Origin: a virus
IMG/VR virus record: IMGVR_UViG_3300036944_000990
Span: 42,807-106,806 of that record
DNA length: 64,000 bases
Strand: one strand, 5' to 3'
Shown here: positions 1-10,370 of the stretch, one piece after another
How positions within the stretch are numbered: the first letter of the stretch is position 1
Layout: the number at the start of each line of letters is the position of its first letter
Translations under genes and position numbers: made by a program
The notes under the pieces: model-generated
Told to the model about the DNA's origin: nothing
Database searches by the model: none
The model's input: only the letters and a program-made list of their open reading frames with translations

Positions 1-51
1 CTACACCCAAGGAACCTTCGGGTAAAATAAAAAAAAAAAATAAGCTAAGAC

Positions 52-77
52 CTACACGGGGCCAAAGCCCCGTGTAG
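52..77 (-). terminator. Hairpin terminator downstream of the HNH gene
   Basis: CTACACGGGG-CCAAAG-CCCCGTGTAG; A-run at 26-40 reads as a U-tract on the minus strand. Confidence 0.6.
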
Positions 78-82
78 TGTTC

Positions 83-775
83 TTATGTTGCTTCATTGGC
101 CGATTGCTTTGTTAGGTAATCTATAGCCTCTTCTGGAGACATTCCTTTCAACAGTCGATAACCTAACGAACTAACAGATAGGTTAAACTTATCAGCTAGC
201 TCAGCTACTGTGTATCGCTCACCTTGATAATGGACGTTCTTGTTGGATCTTCTATTGTTTGCCTGTACTTTGCGTGTGACCCATCTACAATTATCAGGAT
301 TATAGTGTCCGTCATTGTCTCGACGATCAATGGTGAGTTTATCGGTGTAGCCGTTACTCAAAGCCCAGTCCCTAAAAGCTTCAAAACTATCCGACCACTC
401 TTTACATACACGAATACCTCTTCCACCGTAGCGAGGGTAAGCCATCACTGTAGGTAGATCACACCGACGTTTCATTTGTGCCCATATGCGATACAGCCTA
501 GTACTATTCTTCCCTGCTTCCCCATGTACAGTGTTTAGCTTGTGTGAAACCTCTCGTCTATGACAACCACAAGATTGTGTTTGACCACGTTTAACCGAGT
601 GTGCTGCAGCTAGAGTCACTAGCCCACAATCACATACAAAATACCAGTAAGCATTCTTTTGGTGATTGTGCGAATGAATGAGTGCAACGAGTTTATTAAA
701 TCGTTGACCTCGTATATCCATGATAGCCATAAGTACTCCTAAGGCATAGTTACCCTTTGATAGTATATACTTCAA
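83..775 (-). CDS. Free-standing HNH homing endonuclease
   Basis: CDCG...SCGC Cys motif, YGGRGIRVCKEW and TIDRRDNDGHYNPDNCRW...QANNRR (HNH core). Bounded by hairpins on both sides and looks AT-richer than the core genes. Confidence 0.8.
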   Translation of the reverse strand: MKYILSKGNYALGVLMAIMDIRGQRFNKLVALIHSHNHQKNAYWYFVCDCGLVTLAAAHSVKRGQTQSCGCHRREVSHKLNTVHGEAGKNSTRLYRIWAQMKRRCDLPTVMAYPRYGGRGIRVCKEWSDSFEAFRDWALSNGYTDKLTIDRRDNDGHYNPDNCRWVTRKVQANNRRSNKNVHYQGERYTVAELADKFNLSVSSLGYRLLKGMSPEEAIDYLTKQSANEAT

Positions 776-792
776 ATAGCTTTAACCCCAAC

Positions 793-836
793 GCGGCATA
801 AAAGCCTACAGGGAGGCGTGAGCCTCCCTGTATGCC
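793..836 (-). terminator. Terminator after the lysis genes
   Basis: TACAGGGAGGC-GTGA-GCCTCCCTGTA (807-832), followed on the minus strand by GGCTTTTATGCCGC. Confidence 0.7.
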
Positions 837-837
837 C

Positions 838-1245
838 TTACGTGCCTGTCAGTACCTGTAGCAAGGTCTGGAGTGCAGAGACCAGCGCTTGCGTCATCTG
901 CGACTTTTCTTCATCACCCACCCCAGCAGGATTGAAGTGATAAGTAGCAAAGGTGCTAACCATTGCCATAACCACAGACAGCATTACCAAGCCTGCGCGT
1001 ACATACGTCGCTTTAGTCTTGTTACCGCTGTCTAGAATGGTGCCGACTTCCATCGACAACAACTTGATCTGGATCGCGTCCTTCAAAGTTGCAATCTTGG
1101 CGTATGCGTCATTCCCCGAGTCTGTCAACAGCAACTGATTCTTTTCGTTCAGGTGGCTGTTGCAGATATCAACGATGGTTTCCCCCCACTCGAACTCCCC
1201 CAACGGGCGCTTCCCAGCTGTCCCCAACGCCCCACCGATGTTCAT
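838..1245 (-). CDS. Membrane protein in the lysis cassette (holin/antiholin candidate)
   Basis: One hydrophobic segment (AGLVMLSVVMAMVSTFATYHF); starts 2 nt after the o-spanin stop. Confidence 0.4.
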   Translation of the reverse strand: MNIGGALGTAGKRPLGEFEWGETIVDICNSHLNEKNQLLLTDSGNDAYAKIATLKDAIQIKLLSMEVGTILDSGNKTKATYVRAGLVMLSVVMAMVSTFATYHFNPAGVGDEEKSQMTQALVSALQTLLQVLTGT

Positions 1246-1247
1246 GG

Positions 1248-1619
1248 TTATTTACCTCGCAAGTTGACCCTCTTGGCCGTTTCCTCATACCATTTCTGGA
1301 AAGATTCTTGCGTTGCAAAACAAAGACCCAGGTTTTTAGTCTGGATCATGTACGCCAATGAAGCCATCAACAGCTGTTCTTCAGGGGTTGCTCGGTTGAA
1401 CGCTTCGAGATCCGGCGGGGGTTGTACCGGTGCTTTTCTTTGGTACTCCGGTGGGATCTGGCTTGGGAGGTCCGTTGAGGGATTGGGTGGAGGCATACGC
1501 GTTCCACATCCCGTTGATAGCAGAGCTAGCAATATCAGGACGAATACTAGCAACAGTGTTTTGAGGTTCGGGCTTTTTGGCGTTGACGGCCAGCTCGTAC
1601 CGAAACTTAGTGAGCACAT
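1248..1619 (-). CDS. o-spanin (Rz1-like lipoprotein)
   Basis: Hydrophobic signal with lipobox LLALLSTG-C, Pro-rich mature part, overlaps the upstream gene in another frame. Start (MCSLS) uncertain. Confidence 0.7.
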   Translation of the reverse strand: MCSLSFGTSWPSTPKSPNLKTLLLVFVLILLALLSTGCGTRMPPPNPSTDLPSQIPPEYQRKAPVQPPPDLEAFNRATPEEQLLMASLAYMIQTKNLGLCFATQESFQKWYEETAKRVNLRGK

Positions 1620-1893
1620 TTTCAACCTCGGTCTGGTAACCAAGTTGCACATCAGTAAACTTGGTGGTGGTGTTAAACCAATCCTCGACCGATTCGCGAT
1701 CAATGCGCATTTGTTCACGCAGATCTTCCACATCCGCCGTCAGGTCTGAAACCTTCTGTTGCGAATCTTCAAGCGAGGACGTTAGTTCGTTGATGGTTTT
1801 TTCTTGACTGTAAATCTTCCACTGCGTCCAACTCACCACAGCGACGATCGCAATCATGAGTAGATTGCGAGGGTTAAGAAAGAACTTGGACAT
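1381..1893 (-). CDS. i-spanin (Rz-like)
   Basis: N-terminal TM (LLMIAIVAVVSW) followed by coiled coil; the ATG overlaps the ruvC stop (TAATG). Confidence 0.7.
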   Translation of the reverse strand: MSKFFLNPRNLLMIAIVAVVSWTQWKIYSQEKTINELTSSLEDSQQKVSDLTADVEDLREQMRIDRESVEDWFNTTTKFTDVQLGYQTEVENVLTKFRYELAVNAKKPEPQNTVASIRPDIASSAINGMWNAYASTQSLNGPPKPDPTGVPKKSTGTTPAGSRSVQPSNP

Positions 1894-2480
1894 TAAACTT
1901 CTCCTAGCAACCACTTACGTACCAGGGTGTACTTGTAGTACCCAACCGCAATGGCGTCGATGGTGTGTTCGTCAAAACTTTCCATCGATGTACCTGTGAG
2001 GTTGTTCAGGTGCGTAAGTTTGAGGATGCTTTCTTTGACGTTGTCTTTACTACCCTTTTTAACCAGAGCACCCACGGCCGATTTAGCACTGGGGGGATCA
2101 ATGGTTTCCAACGGCATAAAGGCATCGTACTGAGTCAGGGCTCTGCGAATCGTTGCCTTACACTCCACGAGGGATTCAAAGGCTTGTGGGAAACGTCCCA
2201 GAAATGGTGACTCGCAGATCAACGCATGCGGTTGATAAGTCCGAAGCCAGTGGAGGATGTTTTGTTCATGCATAAAAAGCTTGGCCCAACGGTCACCGTG
2301 AATAGTGAAACTGTCAGGCGCTTTTCGACTCATGCGCAACCCCGAGGACGTGTAAGCAGACACCAAGTCCAACCCATACGTTCTCAGGTCCACATCCAGT
2401 ACCGCCAACCCCATGGTGTCAGTCCCAGGGTCAATGGCACAGATTCGGTACTTACCCACCCCTTGTGGGACGGTAAGCAT
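1893..2480 (-). CDS. ruvC: Holliday junction resolvase
   Basis: AIDPGTDTMG (motif I), ICESPF, K.x.VK and DEHTIDAIAVG acidic catalytic motifs. Confidence 0.85.
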   Translation of the reverse strand: MLTVPQGVGKYRICAIDPGTDTMGLAVLDVDLRTYGLDLVSAYTSSGLRMSRKAPDSFTIHGDRWAKLFMHEQNILHWLRTYQPHALICESPFLGRFPQAFESLVECKATIRRALTQYDAFMPLETIDPPSAKSAVGALVKKGSKDNVKESILKLTHLNNLTGTSMESFDEHTIDAIAVGYYKYTLVRKWLLGEV

Positions 2481-2489
2481 AACTACCCC

Positions 2490-3362
2490 TTAGTTCCTCA
2501 GCACCCCAGCCGTTACGACATCAGTCGCGGACAGCAGTGGTTCAGTCGCACCGAGTTCAATGTTCTGTTCGAACCCGCTGTTAGTGAATGCCACACGGTG
2601 ATCGGTAGTGATGAAGCTACAGATCTGTGCGCACGCCACTTCCATCATGTTGAACGATTGGTTACCGCCGCCTTGAACTGTGGCCAGTCGATCAACCCCC
2701 GAAACCAGACCGATCTCAGAGATCACGGCGTAGGCTTCATTGTCGTACTTGATACGACAAGCTTCGATCAACTCGAGCACGTCTTTGGCAGTGAACAGCA
2801 GCTTCAGAATCGAAGACACCGAGAGGTAGTTACCCGAGGTGGTGATCACACCTTCATTCGGCACTTCCGGTGGCGTGGGGTTGAGGTTCGCCATCGTGAA
2901 TTCGTACGGCGAGGAAATTTCATTGTCGCCGTTCACCGCCGTGTGTTCAATCACAGGGAGTACGTCGGCAAGGTTGATGCGTTTGAGGTAATACGCCCAA
3001 TAACGCAGGTTGTTGTGGGTTTCCAGTACACGCATACCGTACTGGGCACGCTCGGAGACGCTCAGGTCGTTGTCGACCGGACGCAGCACAAACGGTAAGT
3101 GGCGGTACAGGGCCGCGTGAGAAGACACGCGATGATGAGGGGTGCTGTAGGGAGTACCGTCACCGCCAACGCGGTTACGATGACCACCATTACCAATGGC
3201 GAAATAACCCAAATGGGGGACCTCACCCTCGTTCAGTTTCGCATCAGCCAACACACCGAACTTTTCGTTGAGTGTGGTGAAAGGTAGGATTTGCGGGCGA
3301 ATACCCAGCAGCAGTGCGCTTTGCAGGGCCGAACCCATGATAGTACGCGTAATCGTTTTCAT
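2490..3362 (-). CDS. phiKZ-like virion structural protein
   Basis: MKTITRTIMGSALQ...YFAIGNGGH...LYRHLPFVLRP resembles conserved phiKZ-like structural proteins; lies in the structural block. Start moved to MKTIT. Confidence 0.6.
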   Translation of the reverse strand: MKTITRTIMGSALQSALLLGIRPQILPFTTLNEKFGVLADAKLNEGEVPHLGYFAIGNGGHRNRVGGDGTPYSTPHHRVSSHAALYRHLPFVLRPVDNDLSVSERAQYGMRVLETHNNLRYWAYYLKRINLADVLPVIEHTAVNGDNEISSPYEFTMANLNPTPPEVPNEGVITTSGNYLSVSSILKLLFTAKDVLELIEACRIKYDNEAYAVISEIGLVSGVDRLATVQGGGNQSFNMMEVACAQICSFITTDHRVAFTNSGFEQNIELGATEPLLSATDVVTAGVLRN

Positions 3363-3450
3363 GTGGGGATAAAACCTTATCAGGTGAGACTCACATAATA
3401 GGGCATAAAATGTAATTTGGCATAGACGGGACCGAAGTCCCGTCAGATGG

Positions 3451-4038
3451 TTAAGCGTCAAGACTGGTGACTGGCGGTAACTGTTTGGTAGGACCAATCA
3501 AAGCCAAATCGGAACCGGTGGTACTGACAATACGGATATAAAACGAATCACCCCCACGCACCTTAGGAATGAAACGAGGTGAGTGTTCGGCAATCTGCAA
3601 TTCGATGGTGTAGTCGAAAGGTGCGTACATCGACTTTTGGAATGAATGTGTGTCAGAAAGTGTCTGGGTTGAGCTACCCGGAACCAATACGTCTTGGTTC
3701 TCAATCAAGACCCCATACGTCCCTAACAAGTGTGTCTTAATGGCACCCCAAGTCACAGGCCATTCCGAAGGGAAAAAGAACACAGGGCGTCCGTTGAAAA
3801 GAGTTTGCAGACTCTCTCGCCGATAACGAACCGAAGCTTCGTTCATATACCGACCGGGTTGCATCTGGTCAGTCAGCGTCCGTGCCCGAATGTTCACCAC
3901 CACATAGTCCCCATCCGCTTGGTAGCTCAAGGCAGTGTGGTCAGTGTCCAAGTCATGGTCATTCACCATGCTGTACAGATTCTCCAGCAGCGTCTTGGAA
4001 TCTAAACGCAATACTTGACTGATGGATAAAAGGCTCAT
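3451..4038 (-). CDS. Putative virion structural protein
   Basis: Shares a Y..RxxL..LF repeat with 4043..5272 and 54693..55211. Confidence 0.5.
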   Translation of the reverse strand: MSLLSISQVLRLDSKTLLENLYSMVNDHDLDTDHTALSYQADGDYVVVNIRARTLTDQMQPGRYMNEASVRYRRESLQTLFNGRPVFFFPSEWPVTWGAIKTHLLGTYGVLIENQDVLVPGSSTQTLSDTHSFQKSMYAPFDYTIELQIAEHSPRFIPKVRGGDSFYIRIVSTTGSDLALIGPTKQLPPVTSLDA

Positions 4039-4042
4039 GTGG

Positions 4043-5272
4043 TTATCTCTTGTAGTAAATCAGAAAACGACCGCCAAAGTACGTACAGTACTGTGGGTCC
4101 AAACGCACCACCCAGATCAGTGTAAGACGAGGATCGGGACTAGCTGGGTAACCAACGTTGCGTCCCAAATACTCCACCTCAGCATTGAACAGGTTCACTG
4201 GAGAAGGTGTAGGACTACATTGTGTTGTACCCTCAGGTAAACCCAAGATTCGATCCATAAACGTCAGATCTGGTAACGATGTTAAGACCGTACCTTCATA
4301 GAGCGCTTGGAAACCTTCCAGCTCCGGCGTACCATCCAACAATCCAGCCCACAACTCCGCAGGATACCGATATCCCTGTTCAGGGAATTCAGGTACCAAC
4401 TTAGTGACTTGGGCGTTGTAGTTAAGTGTGAGAGGACCCCTTACTTTGGTGTTGAGGGCCTCGTCCAATTCAACCTGTAGTACTCGACTGACTGTGAAAA
4501 CGTAGGGAGTAACTCCCAGATCGATAGCCCGCCCATTGAAGGTCACTTTCGCACCTTTAAGGTTAGCTTCGGCCGGGACAGAAGAATGAACCCAACTGTA
4601 GTTGGTCTCACCCACTTCGAAATAGACCCGACCCAATGCTTGATGAAGAATAGAATCGGCTGAGATATCACCCAACGGGATACGCTTGAGGTGATCTCCG
4701 TAAAAGCGACCGTCAGTAAAATGCTTACGGTGCTGAACGAAGTCACGCGTCTTACTGGGATCTATCAGTCTGCCGAAATCACTGACCACTGTCACTTGAT
4801 CCAACGCTTCTTTTTTAAGCAGTGTCAGCGTCACCTGACCCCACCACCGAAGTGAATAAGGGGCTGCCTTAAGTACATACCCGTAGGCGTTCTCTGCGGT
4901 GATCAGTTCGTTAACATAATCACTGCTGTCAAAGACGTAGCCGTAATGGTGACTCAACACCTGAATGACATCCGAGGTCTTACAAGGCAAGTCCATCTGA
5001 ATGGACAGTTGGGTATTGGCAAACAACTCCCCAAAATCAATGCGCTTATAAAAGAAGTCTACCGAACCCCGGTAGACCTGACCCATAAAGCTGTCATTGG
5101 GTTTGCGACCCGTCACCTGAATCATGGTCTCACGACCCACCAAGGCTTGGGGTATACCAAACTCCATGTGATCAGGCGCAATAGAGACCTGATTACTGTG
5201 AGTGATGATTCGGACCAACGCTTGTTGCGGAGTCAGACTCAACAACTCTTTAAAATCGAGGGCATCAATCAT
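4043..5272 (-). CDS. Putative virion structural protein
   Basis: YRGSVDFFYKRIDFGELF-type repeat domain. Start moved to MIDALD, which follows a terminator. Confidence 0.55.
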   Translation of the reverse strand: MIDALDFKELLSLTPQQALVRIITHSNQVSIAPDHMEFGIPQALVGRETMIQVTGRKPNDSFMGQVYRGSVDFFYKRIDFGELFANTQLSIQMDLPCKTSDVIQVLSHHYGYVFDSSDYVNELITAENAYGYVLKAAPYSLRWWGQVTLTLLKKEALDQVTVVSDFGRLIDPSKTRDFVQHRKHFTDGRFYGDHLKRIPLGDISADSILHQALGRVYFEVGETNYSWVHSSVPAEANLKGAKVTFNGRAIDLGVTPYVFTVSRVLQVELDEALNTKVRGPLTLNYNAQVTKLVPEFPEQGYRYPAELWAGLLDGTPELEGFQALYEGTVLTSLPDLTFMDRILGLPEGTTQCSPTPSPVNLFNAEVEYLGRNVGYPASPDPRLTLIWVVRLDPQYCTYFGGRFLIYYKR

Positions 5273-5284
5273 AAACCCACCCTG

Positions 5285-5309
5285 AAAAAAAAAGGCCTCC
5301 GAAGAGGCC
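5285..5309 (-). terminator. Intrinsic terminator
   Basis: GGCCTC-TTCG-GAGGCC followed by T9 on the minus strand. Confidence 0.8.
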
Positions 5310-5315
5310 CTGAGG

Positions 5316-7487
5316 TTAAATATCGAGATCTTCTGGTGGCGTGTCCGGATAACGGTATTCATCACTGGTACGGACCGGGAAGACGTCTTCCAACTCCTCC
5401 AACGGACGCACCGTCAGCGTGGCGTAGACAGACGGAATCGTCATGCGCACACGGCTGGTGTAGCCAGTTCCAGATGACATGTCCAGTGTTGGATCAAGTC
5501 GATCGGTGTGAAACTGGGTCGCTGAGGTGTCTGATTCGAACGTGGCGTCCGATAGATCCACGTACTCGGCATTGTAACCCTTACCGAACAGATCCTGAAC
5601 GTACACGTTACTTTGGTGAATGCGAGTCACCCCTTCACCAAGTCCTTGATAATCCCCCACCCGAATAGCCGGACAACCGACCACCGTGATGTTTTTACCT
5701 TGGAGTTCCGTGACCACTTGGATTGAATAGCTGCTAAGCTGGCGCAGCAAACGCACCATACTCTCTTGTAGGTCACTCAAACCCACAGACACCTTAAGAT
5801 CTGACCCTGTTGCAGTTGCCATCAGGTTGTTAGCCAGTAGATCAAACTCTTCACGGGACAAACCGTCCAATTCCAAGTTCTTAGCTTTCAACCAATCGGT
5901 GTAGTCCATACCACCGGCCAAGTCGTAGTGTACGTCTTGATACAGGTGATAAGCCACATTTTCAACTTGTCCACGAGTTACCATGTGTTCACGGAAGGCA
6001 ATGAAATCACTGTGTAGCTTCCACGCCTTATGAATCTCTTGGCACTTCTCGTAGAAAGCAGCGGTGGATATCACATCACCAATTACCGGTTGGTCTTCAC
6101 GCAGGTAATGAATCCATTCCGTGGGGACACGAGAGGGTTGCGCCAGCGCCCGCATCTCAGCTACCGAAGGAATCACAGGCTTGCGAACAAAGGTGGCTAC
6201 CACATCCGGGACTTGTTCCAACCGAACACCATGCGAGGCATTGTAGGCGTACAAGAACAGGATAAACGCTTCCTTAGCCGTAAACCACAAAGACTCACCA
6301 TTGGCTGGGTTGTCGAAGTTGGTCATGGCCAAATAGTTGCCTTCACACGCCCAACTGATCCAGTGGTTCAGTAGGACATCCCCTAACTTAACGCTAAAGG
6401 CTTCAGACCGATCCACCACCGAGGACTCCAACACTTTGGTTGGGAGTTCGCTGTGAGTGTGTCGTCCGTATTTGTGCGTAAGGTCTTGGAGCGCTTCAGC
6501 TTGGTAATGGACGTTGTTGCGAGTTACTGACACTTCTTTCTGGATCAACTCATTCGCCGAATAAATGTCGCGTACAGTACCGCTGACATACTTCGTCAGA
6601 TCAAAGCGTTTGGCGTTGATTGCCGGCAGTAATTTATTAGGCATCCCAGAAATATTGTGTTGCAGGCGATACTTAGCCAGCGGCAATAGGCGCTCTGTCA
6701 ACAGGTTCTCAACCAACCAGTCAAAGGTTTCTTGTTTACCAGCATTGCGGTTAATGTACTGGATGTTCCGATACAAAAACAACATCTGCTTTTTATTGAG
6801 GTTGTCGATGTAGCTGTCCAATTTACCGTTGGATGCTAGGTATTGTCTGATATGGAAACTGTGCACCTTTTCGGTTCGGCAATTGGCTAACCGAATGTTC
6901 AAGATGAACAGGGGAATGTTCATATAAAGGATGGCCAAGTTAGCGGCTGGATACAGATCATCCACCTTCGCATAGTCGGCTACATCCCAACGGACTTTCC
7001 ATCCATCGATTTTCTTTTGCAGCTCCGGAATCAGATTGGTTTCGTTGCTCTCAACCAGATTGGTGTCATAGCTGAGGATCTCTCCATCCCGTGCCGCAAT
7101 GGCTTGTTGGATATCGATGGGTTCCAAGATCCCTTGAATCAGATCGATCTGGTTCGGGTATTTACGCACCAGTTCTTTATAGAAACGTGTACCGGGCAAG
7201 TAACCACGCTTAGTGGCACGATGCTCGACCAGATTGGCCTTGGAGAACTCGATCATTTCACGAGTATCCAATGAGGTGACAAACATCCGGGTGTCGGTAC
7301 TATGGTACTCACCCGCCAAATTCAGGTAATACTTCCACGTTTCTGGTTGCTCTTCGAAGACTTCCGCTGCGCCTGAATCGCGAAAAAACTGGTTGATAGA
7401 ATTCGCCGTACTTTCGCTTTTGAGGACGATCGAGCGGGCGAGCAAGAGCACATCGTCGACATACAGCTTATAGCGTGCATTGGACAC
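5316..7487 (-). CDS. phiKZ-like virion structural (baseplate-type) protein
   Basis: LLLARSIVLK...PETWKYYLNLAGEYH N-terminus recognised from phiKZ-like genes divergent from the portal. Probable GTG start at 7487. Confidence 0.65.
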   Translation of the reverse strand: MSNARYKLYVDDVLLLARSIVLKSESTANSINQFFRDSGAAEVFEEQPETWKYYLNLAGEYHSTDTRMFVTSLDTREMIEFSKANLVEHRATKRGYLPGTRFYKELVRKYPNQIDLIQGILEPIDIQQAIAARDGEILSYDTNLVESNETNLIPELQKKIDGWKVRWDVADYAKVDDLYPAANLAILYMNIPLFILNIRLANCRTEKVHSFHIRQYLASNGKLDSYIDNLNKKQMLFLYRNIQYINRNAGKQETFDWLVENLLTERLLPLAKYRLQHNISGMPNKLLPAINAKRFDLTKYVSGTVRDIYSANELIQKEVSVTRNNVHYQAEALQDLTHKYGRHTHSELPTKVLESSVVDRSEAFSVKLGDVLLNHWISWACEGNYLAMTNFDNPANGESLWFTAKEAFILFLYAYNASHGVRLEQVPDVVATFVRKPVIPSVAEMRALAQPSRVPTEWIHYLREDQPVIGDVISTAAFYEKCQEIHKAWKLHSDFIAFREHMVTRGQVENVAYHLYQDVHYDLAGGMDYTDWLKAKNLELDGLSREEFDLLANNLMATATGSDLKVSVGLSDLQESMVRLLRQLSSYSIQVVTELQGKNITVVGCPAIRVGDYQGLGEGVTRIHQSNVYVQDLFGKGYNAEYVDLSDATFESDTSATQFHTDRLDPTLDMSSGTGYTSRVRMTIPSVYATLTVRPLEELEDVFPVRTSDEYRYPDTPPEDLDI

Positions 7488-7531
7488 GTCCAAGCCCCCT
7501 TTAGTGGATTTGAAAAGATAGGAGTGTGAAA

Positions 7532-10363
7532 ATGAGTCGAAGTCCCGATTCGAACGAGTTGGCGCAACTGGGGTTGTCAACCCAGGAAAAGCGCCACGAA
7601 CGCGTTAAGGCGTTCCGTCGTAACCCCACATCGGCAGCCGTGGTGAACAAACTGGTTCGGGAAAATCAAGGCCTCTATGACCGTGATACTCGGGCTAAAG
7701 ACCAGTTGAACGTTGGTGGGTACCTGCGCCGTACTTCTGACGAAACCGCAGCCAACGTTACTGACTCCAGCAACCTGTATCAACTGTTGCCTGACACCGA
7801 ACTGGCCGAGCAAATTCTCGTCAGCTCTATTCTGGCACCAAAAGACATGGTCAATGTGGAGTTGAACTTCAACGTCAACAGTCCAAAAATTCCCTTGGAG
7901 ATCTCAGGTCCGATGCTTGGCATCGTGGAAGAGTTCTTTACCAAGACCTATAAAATACCATCTCTTTTGCCGAAGATTTTGTCGGACGCGTTGTTTAAGC
8001 GCGGCAGCTACCCCATGTTGATTCTGCCAGAGAGTTCGATCGATGAGATCATTAACTCTTCAGGTCAAGTGGGTTTGGAAGACCTGTCTAACAACGACCC
8101 TTTCAAACTGTCGGTCGGTATTCTGGGTAACGCTTTGGATAGCGTGGGTCAAGCCATCCCTCGCCGCAAAACCAACGTATCGATGGAATCGGCTCGCGAC
8201 ATCCTGTCTACTCGGGTGGGTACTTACAACCCCTCTGTCAATGCCAAAGGCAAAGATAAAAACCGGGTAGATCTCAAGGTGTTGGTGAGCGACAACCCTG
8301 ACGTGCTTAAAGCACCCTTCCTGTACAGCCGTGTCCGTAGTCAAGCGGTGAGTAACCGGTTGGGCCTTTCGATGGAATCTCGTGCTGAACTCAACCGTTC
8401 CGACATCGAGGCTAGTTTCTACAAGCCACGTCAGTATCAATCCCGTGAAGTCGTAGGGTTGAAAACTGCAGCGCAGGTAGGTCGTCCTACGGTCGGTCAC
8501 CCGTTGGTGATGCGTTTGCCTTCTGAGAGCATCATTCCGGTCCACGTGCCGGGCTCTCCTGAAGAACACGTAGGCTATTTCGTCCTATTGGATGCCACAG
8601 GTAACCCGCTGAACAAAGCCAACAAAGCCGACTACTACAACGACTTGGGTCACAACCTTCAAGCTAACCGGGAACTGGCCAGTCAATTGATTGCCCAGTC
8701 GACGCGTGCGGTAGAGGGTTGGCGTGACGGCACCATCGACACCGCCGTCGATGAAGCCACACGAATGTACGCAACGGTCGTTGAGAATGACCTGATCTCT
8801 CGCCTGAAGAACGGGTTGTACAATGACACCGTAGAGATTGCACGACCGCTGGAAGTGTACCGGATCATGCTGGCGCGCACCTTTGCCAACATGACTACAC
8901 AGTTGTTGTATGTACCGGTGGAACTCGTCAGCTACATTGCTTTCGATTACAACCAGTACGGTGTGGGTCAATCCTTGTTGGAAAACAACAAGATCCTGGC
9001 TTCTTTGCGTGTGAGTATGATGCTCGCCAACACCATGTCGGCCATCGACAACTCGGTGGCGCACACGGGCCTTAACATCACGCTGGACCCTGATGATCCC
9101 GATCCCTCTACCACGGTAGAGAAATTGGTTCACAACTACGTCAATACGCGACGGGCAAGTTACCCCTTGGGTGCTTCCAGTCCTGTTGACATCATCAACT
9201 TCCTTCAAAACGCCGGGGTCGATATTCACGTCAGTGGTAACCCTGCGTATCCGGAAACTCGGATGGAGGTTGAAGACCGGGGTCGGAGCATCGTAGAGCC
9301 TAACAACGAGCTGGAAGAGTCGTTGAAAAAGCGCTACCTGATGTCGTTGGGTCTGTCACCTGAAACTGTGGACAATAGCTACAACGTGGAGTTCGCGACG
9401 TCCATCGTGTCCTCTAACCTGCTGTTGACCAAACGTGTTGTGTTGTATCAAGACATGTTTACTGAGATGCTGTCGGATTTCTTCCGTAAGTACATCAGTC
9501 AGTCGGGTGCCTTGCGAGATGCTCTACTCAAGTGTATTGCGTCTGCTCAACAAACGGCGGCTGAACAAGAAGCCAAAGAGAAAGAGGGACAAAGTCCTGC
9601 TGAAGAGAAAGCTCAAGCTTCCAACCAAGGACCTGAACTTCAAACGGATGGTAAAGAGCAGAACGAACAACACCTTGAGTGGTACCGTGAGTTTGTGATG
9701 GCTCTGTCTGTGTCCCTACCACGCCCTGACAACATCACCATCGAGCGTCAGCTGGAAGCATACGACAAGTATGTAGAAGCGCTGGAGAAGGTGGTAGATG
9801 CCTACATCAACAGTGAGTTCTTGGACGGCACTGCGTTGGGTGAACAGGCCGACCAAGTCGATGTTATCAAATCTGCCATTCTTGCGTACTTCAAACGTAA
9901 GTGGCTGAACGAGAACAACGTCATGCCTGAGTTGCTTGACTTGGTAACCTTCAAAGATGAAAAGCATCCGATGTTGGACCTTCTGGAAGTGCACAACGAT
10001 CACATCACTGCGATCGGTGCCTCTATCCAAGGGTACATGGTTAAAGTGGCAGAAGCTCAGACTAAGCGTGATGAACTGAGCCGCGCCATTGAAGCCGACA
10101 AAGGCATCAAGTTGGGATCGGGTGACGAGTACGGTAGCGACAGTTCGTCTGATGACGACAGCGAAAGCTCGGACGATGATTTCGGAGACGATGATGACAT
10201 GGGCGGAATGGACGACGACATGGGCGGTGAAGACGAAGAGTTGGATGCTGAACCTGAAGCTGAAGCCGAACCTGAAGAAGAGGAAGCAGAAGAAGAATCT
10301 GATGCGGATCTCGAATCAACGGGCGGTGTTGCAGGGGATGGGGTAATCATTCAACCTGAGTGA
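7532..10363 (+). CDS. Portal protein (phiKZ gp129-like)
   Basis: LPDTELAEQILVSSILAPKD and LPSESIIPVHVPGSPEEHVGYFVLLD...G; opposite-strand position next to the head block; S-x-E protease motifs; acidic tail; AGGAG RBS. Confidence 0.75.
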   Translation: MSRSPDSNELAQLGLSTQEKRHERVKAFRRNPTSAAVVNKLVRENQGLYDRDTRAKDQLNVGGYLRRTSDETAANVTDSSNLYQLLPDTELAEQILVSSILAPKDMVNVELNFNVNSPKIPLEISGPMLGIVEEFFTKTYKIPSLLPKILSDALFKRGSYPMLILPESSIDEIINSSGQVGLEDLSNNDPFKLSVGILGNALDSVGQAIPRRKTNVSMESARDILSTRVGTYNPSVNAKGKDKNRVDLKVLVSDNPDVLKAPFLYSRVRSQAVSNRLGLSMESRAELNRSDIEASFYKPRQYQSREVVGLKTAAQVGRPTVGHPLVMRLPSESIIPVHVPGSPEEHVGYFVLLDATGNPLNKANKADYYNDLGHNLQANRELASQLIAQSTRAVEGWRDGTIDTAVDEATRMYATVVENDLISRLKNGLYNDTVEIARPLEVYRIMLARTFANMTTQLLYVPVELVSYIAFDYNQYGVGQSLLENNKILASLRVSMMLANTMSAIDNSVAHTGLNITLDPDDPDPSTTVEKLVHNYVNTRRASYPLGASSPVDIINFLQNAGVDIHVSGNPAYPETRMEVEDRGRSIVEPNNELEESLKKRYLMSLGLSPETVDNSYNVEFATSIVSSNLLLTKRVVLYQDMFTEMLSDFFRKYISQSGALRDALLKCIASAQQTAAEQEAKEKEGQSPAEEKAQASNQGPELQTDGKEQNEQHLEWYREFVMALSVSLPRPDNITIERQLEAYDKYVEALEKVVDAYINSEFLDGTALGEQADQVDVIKSAILAYFKRKWLNENNVMPELLDLVTFKDEKHPMLDLLEVHNDHITAIGASIQGYMVKVAEAQTKRDELSRAIEADKGIKLGSGDEYGSDSSSDDDSESSDDDFGDDDDMGGMDDDMGGEDEELDAEPEAEAEPEEEEAEEESDADLESTGGVAGDGVIIQPE

Positions 10364-10370
10364 TCCAAGG

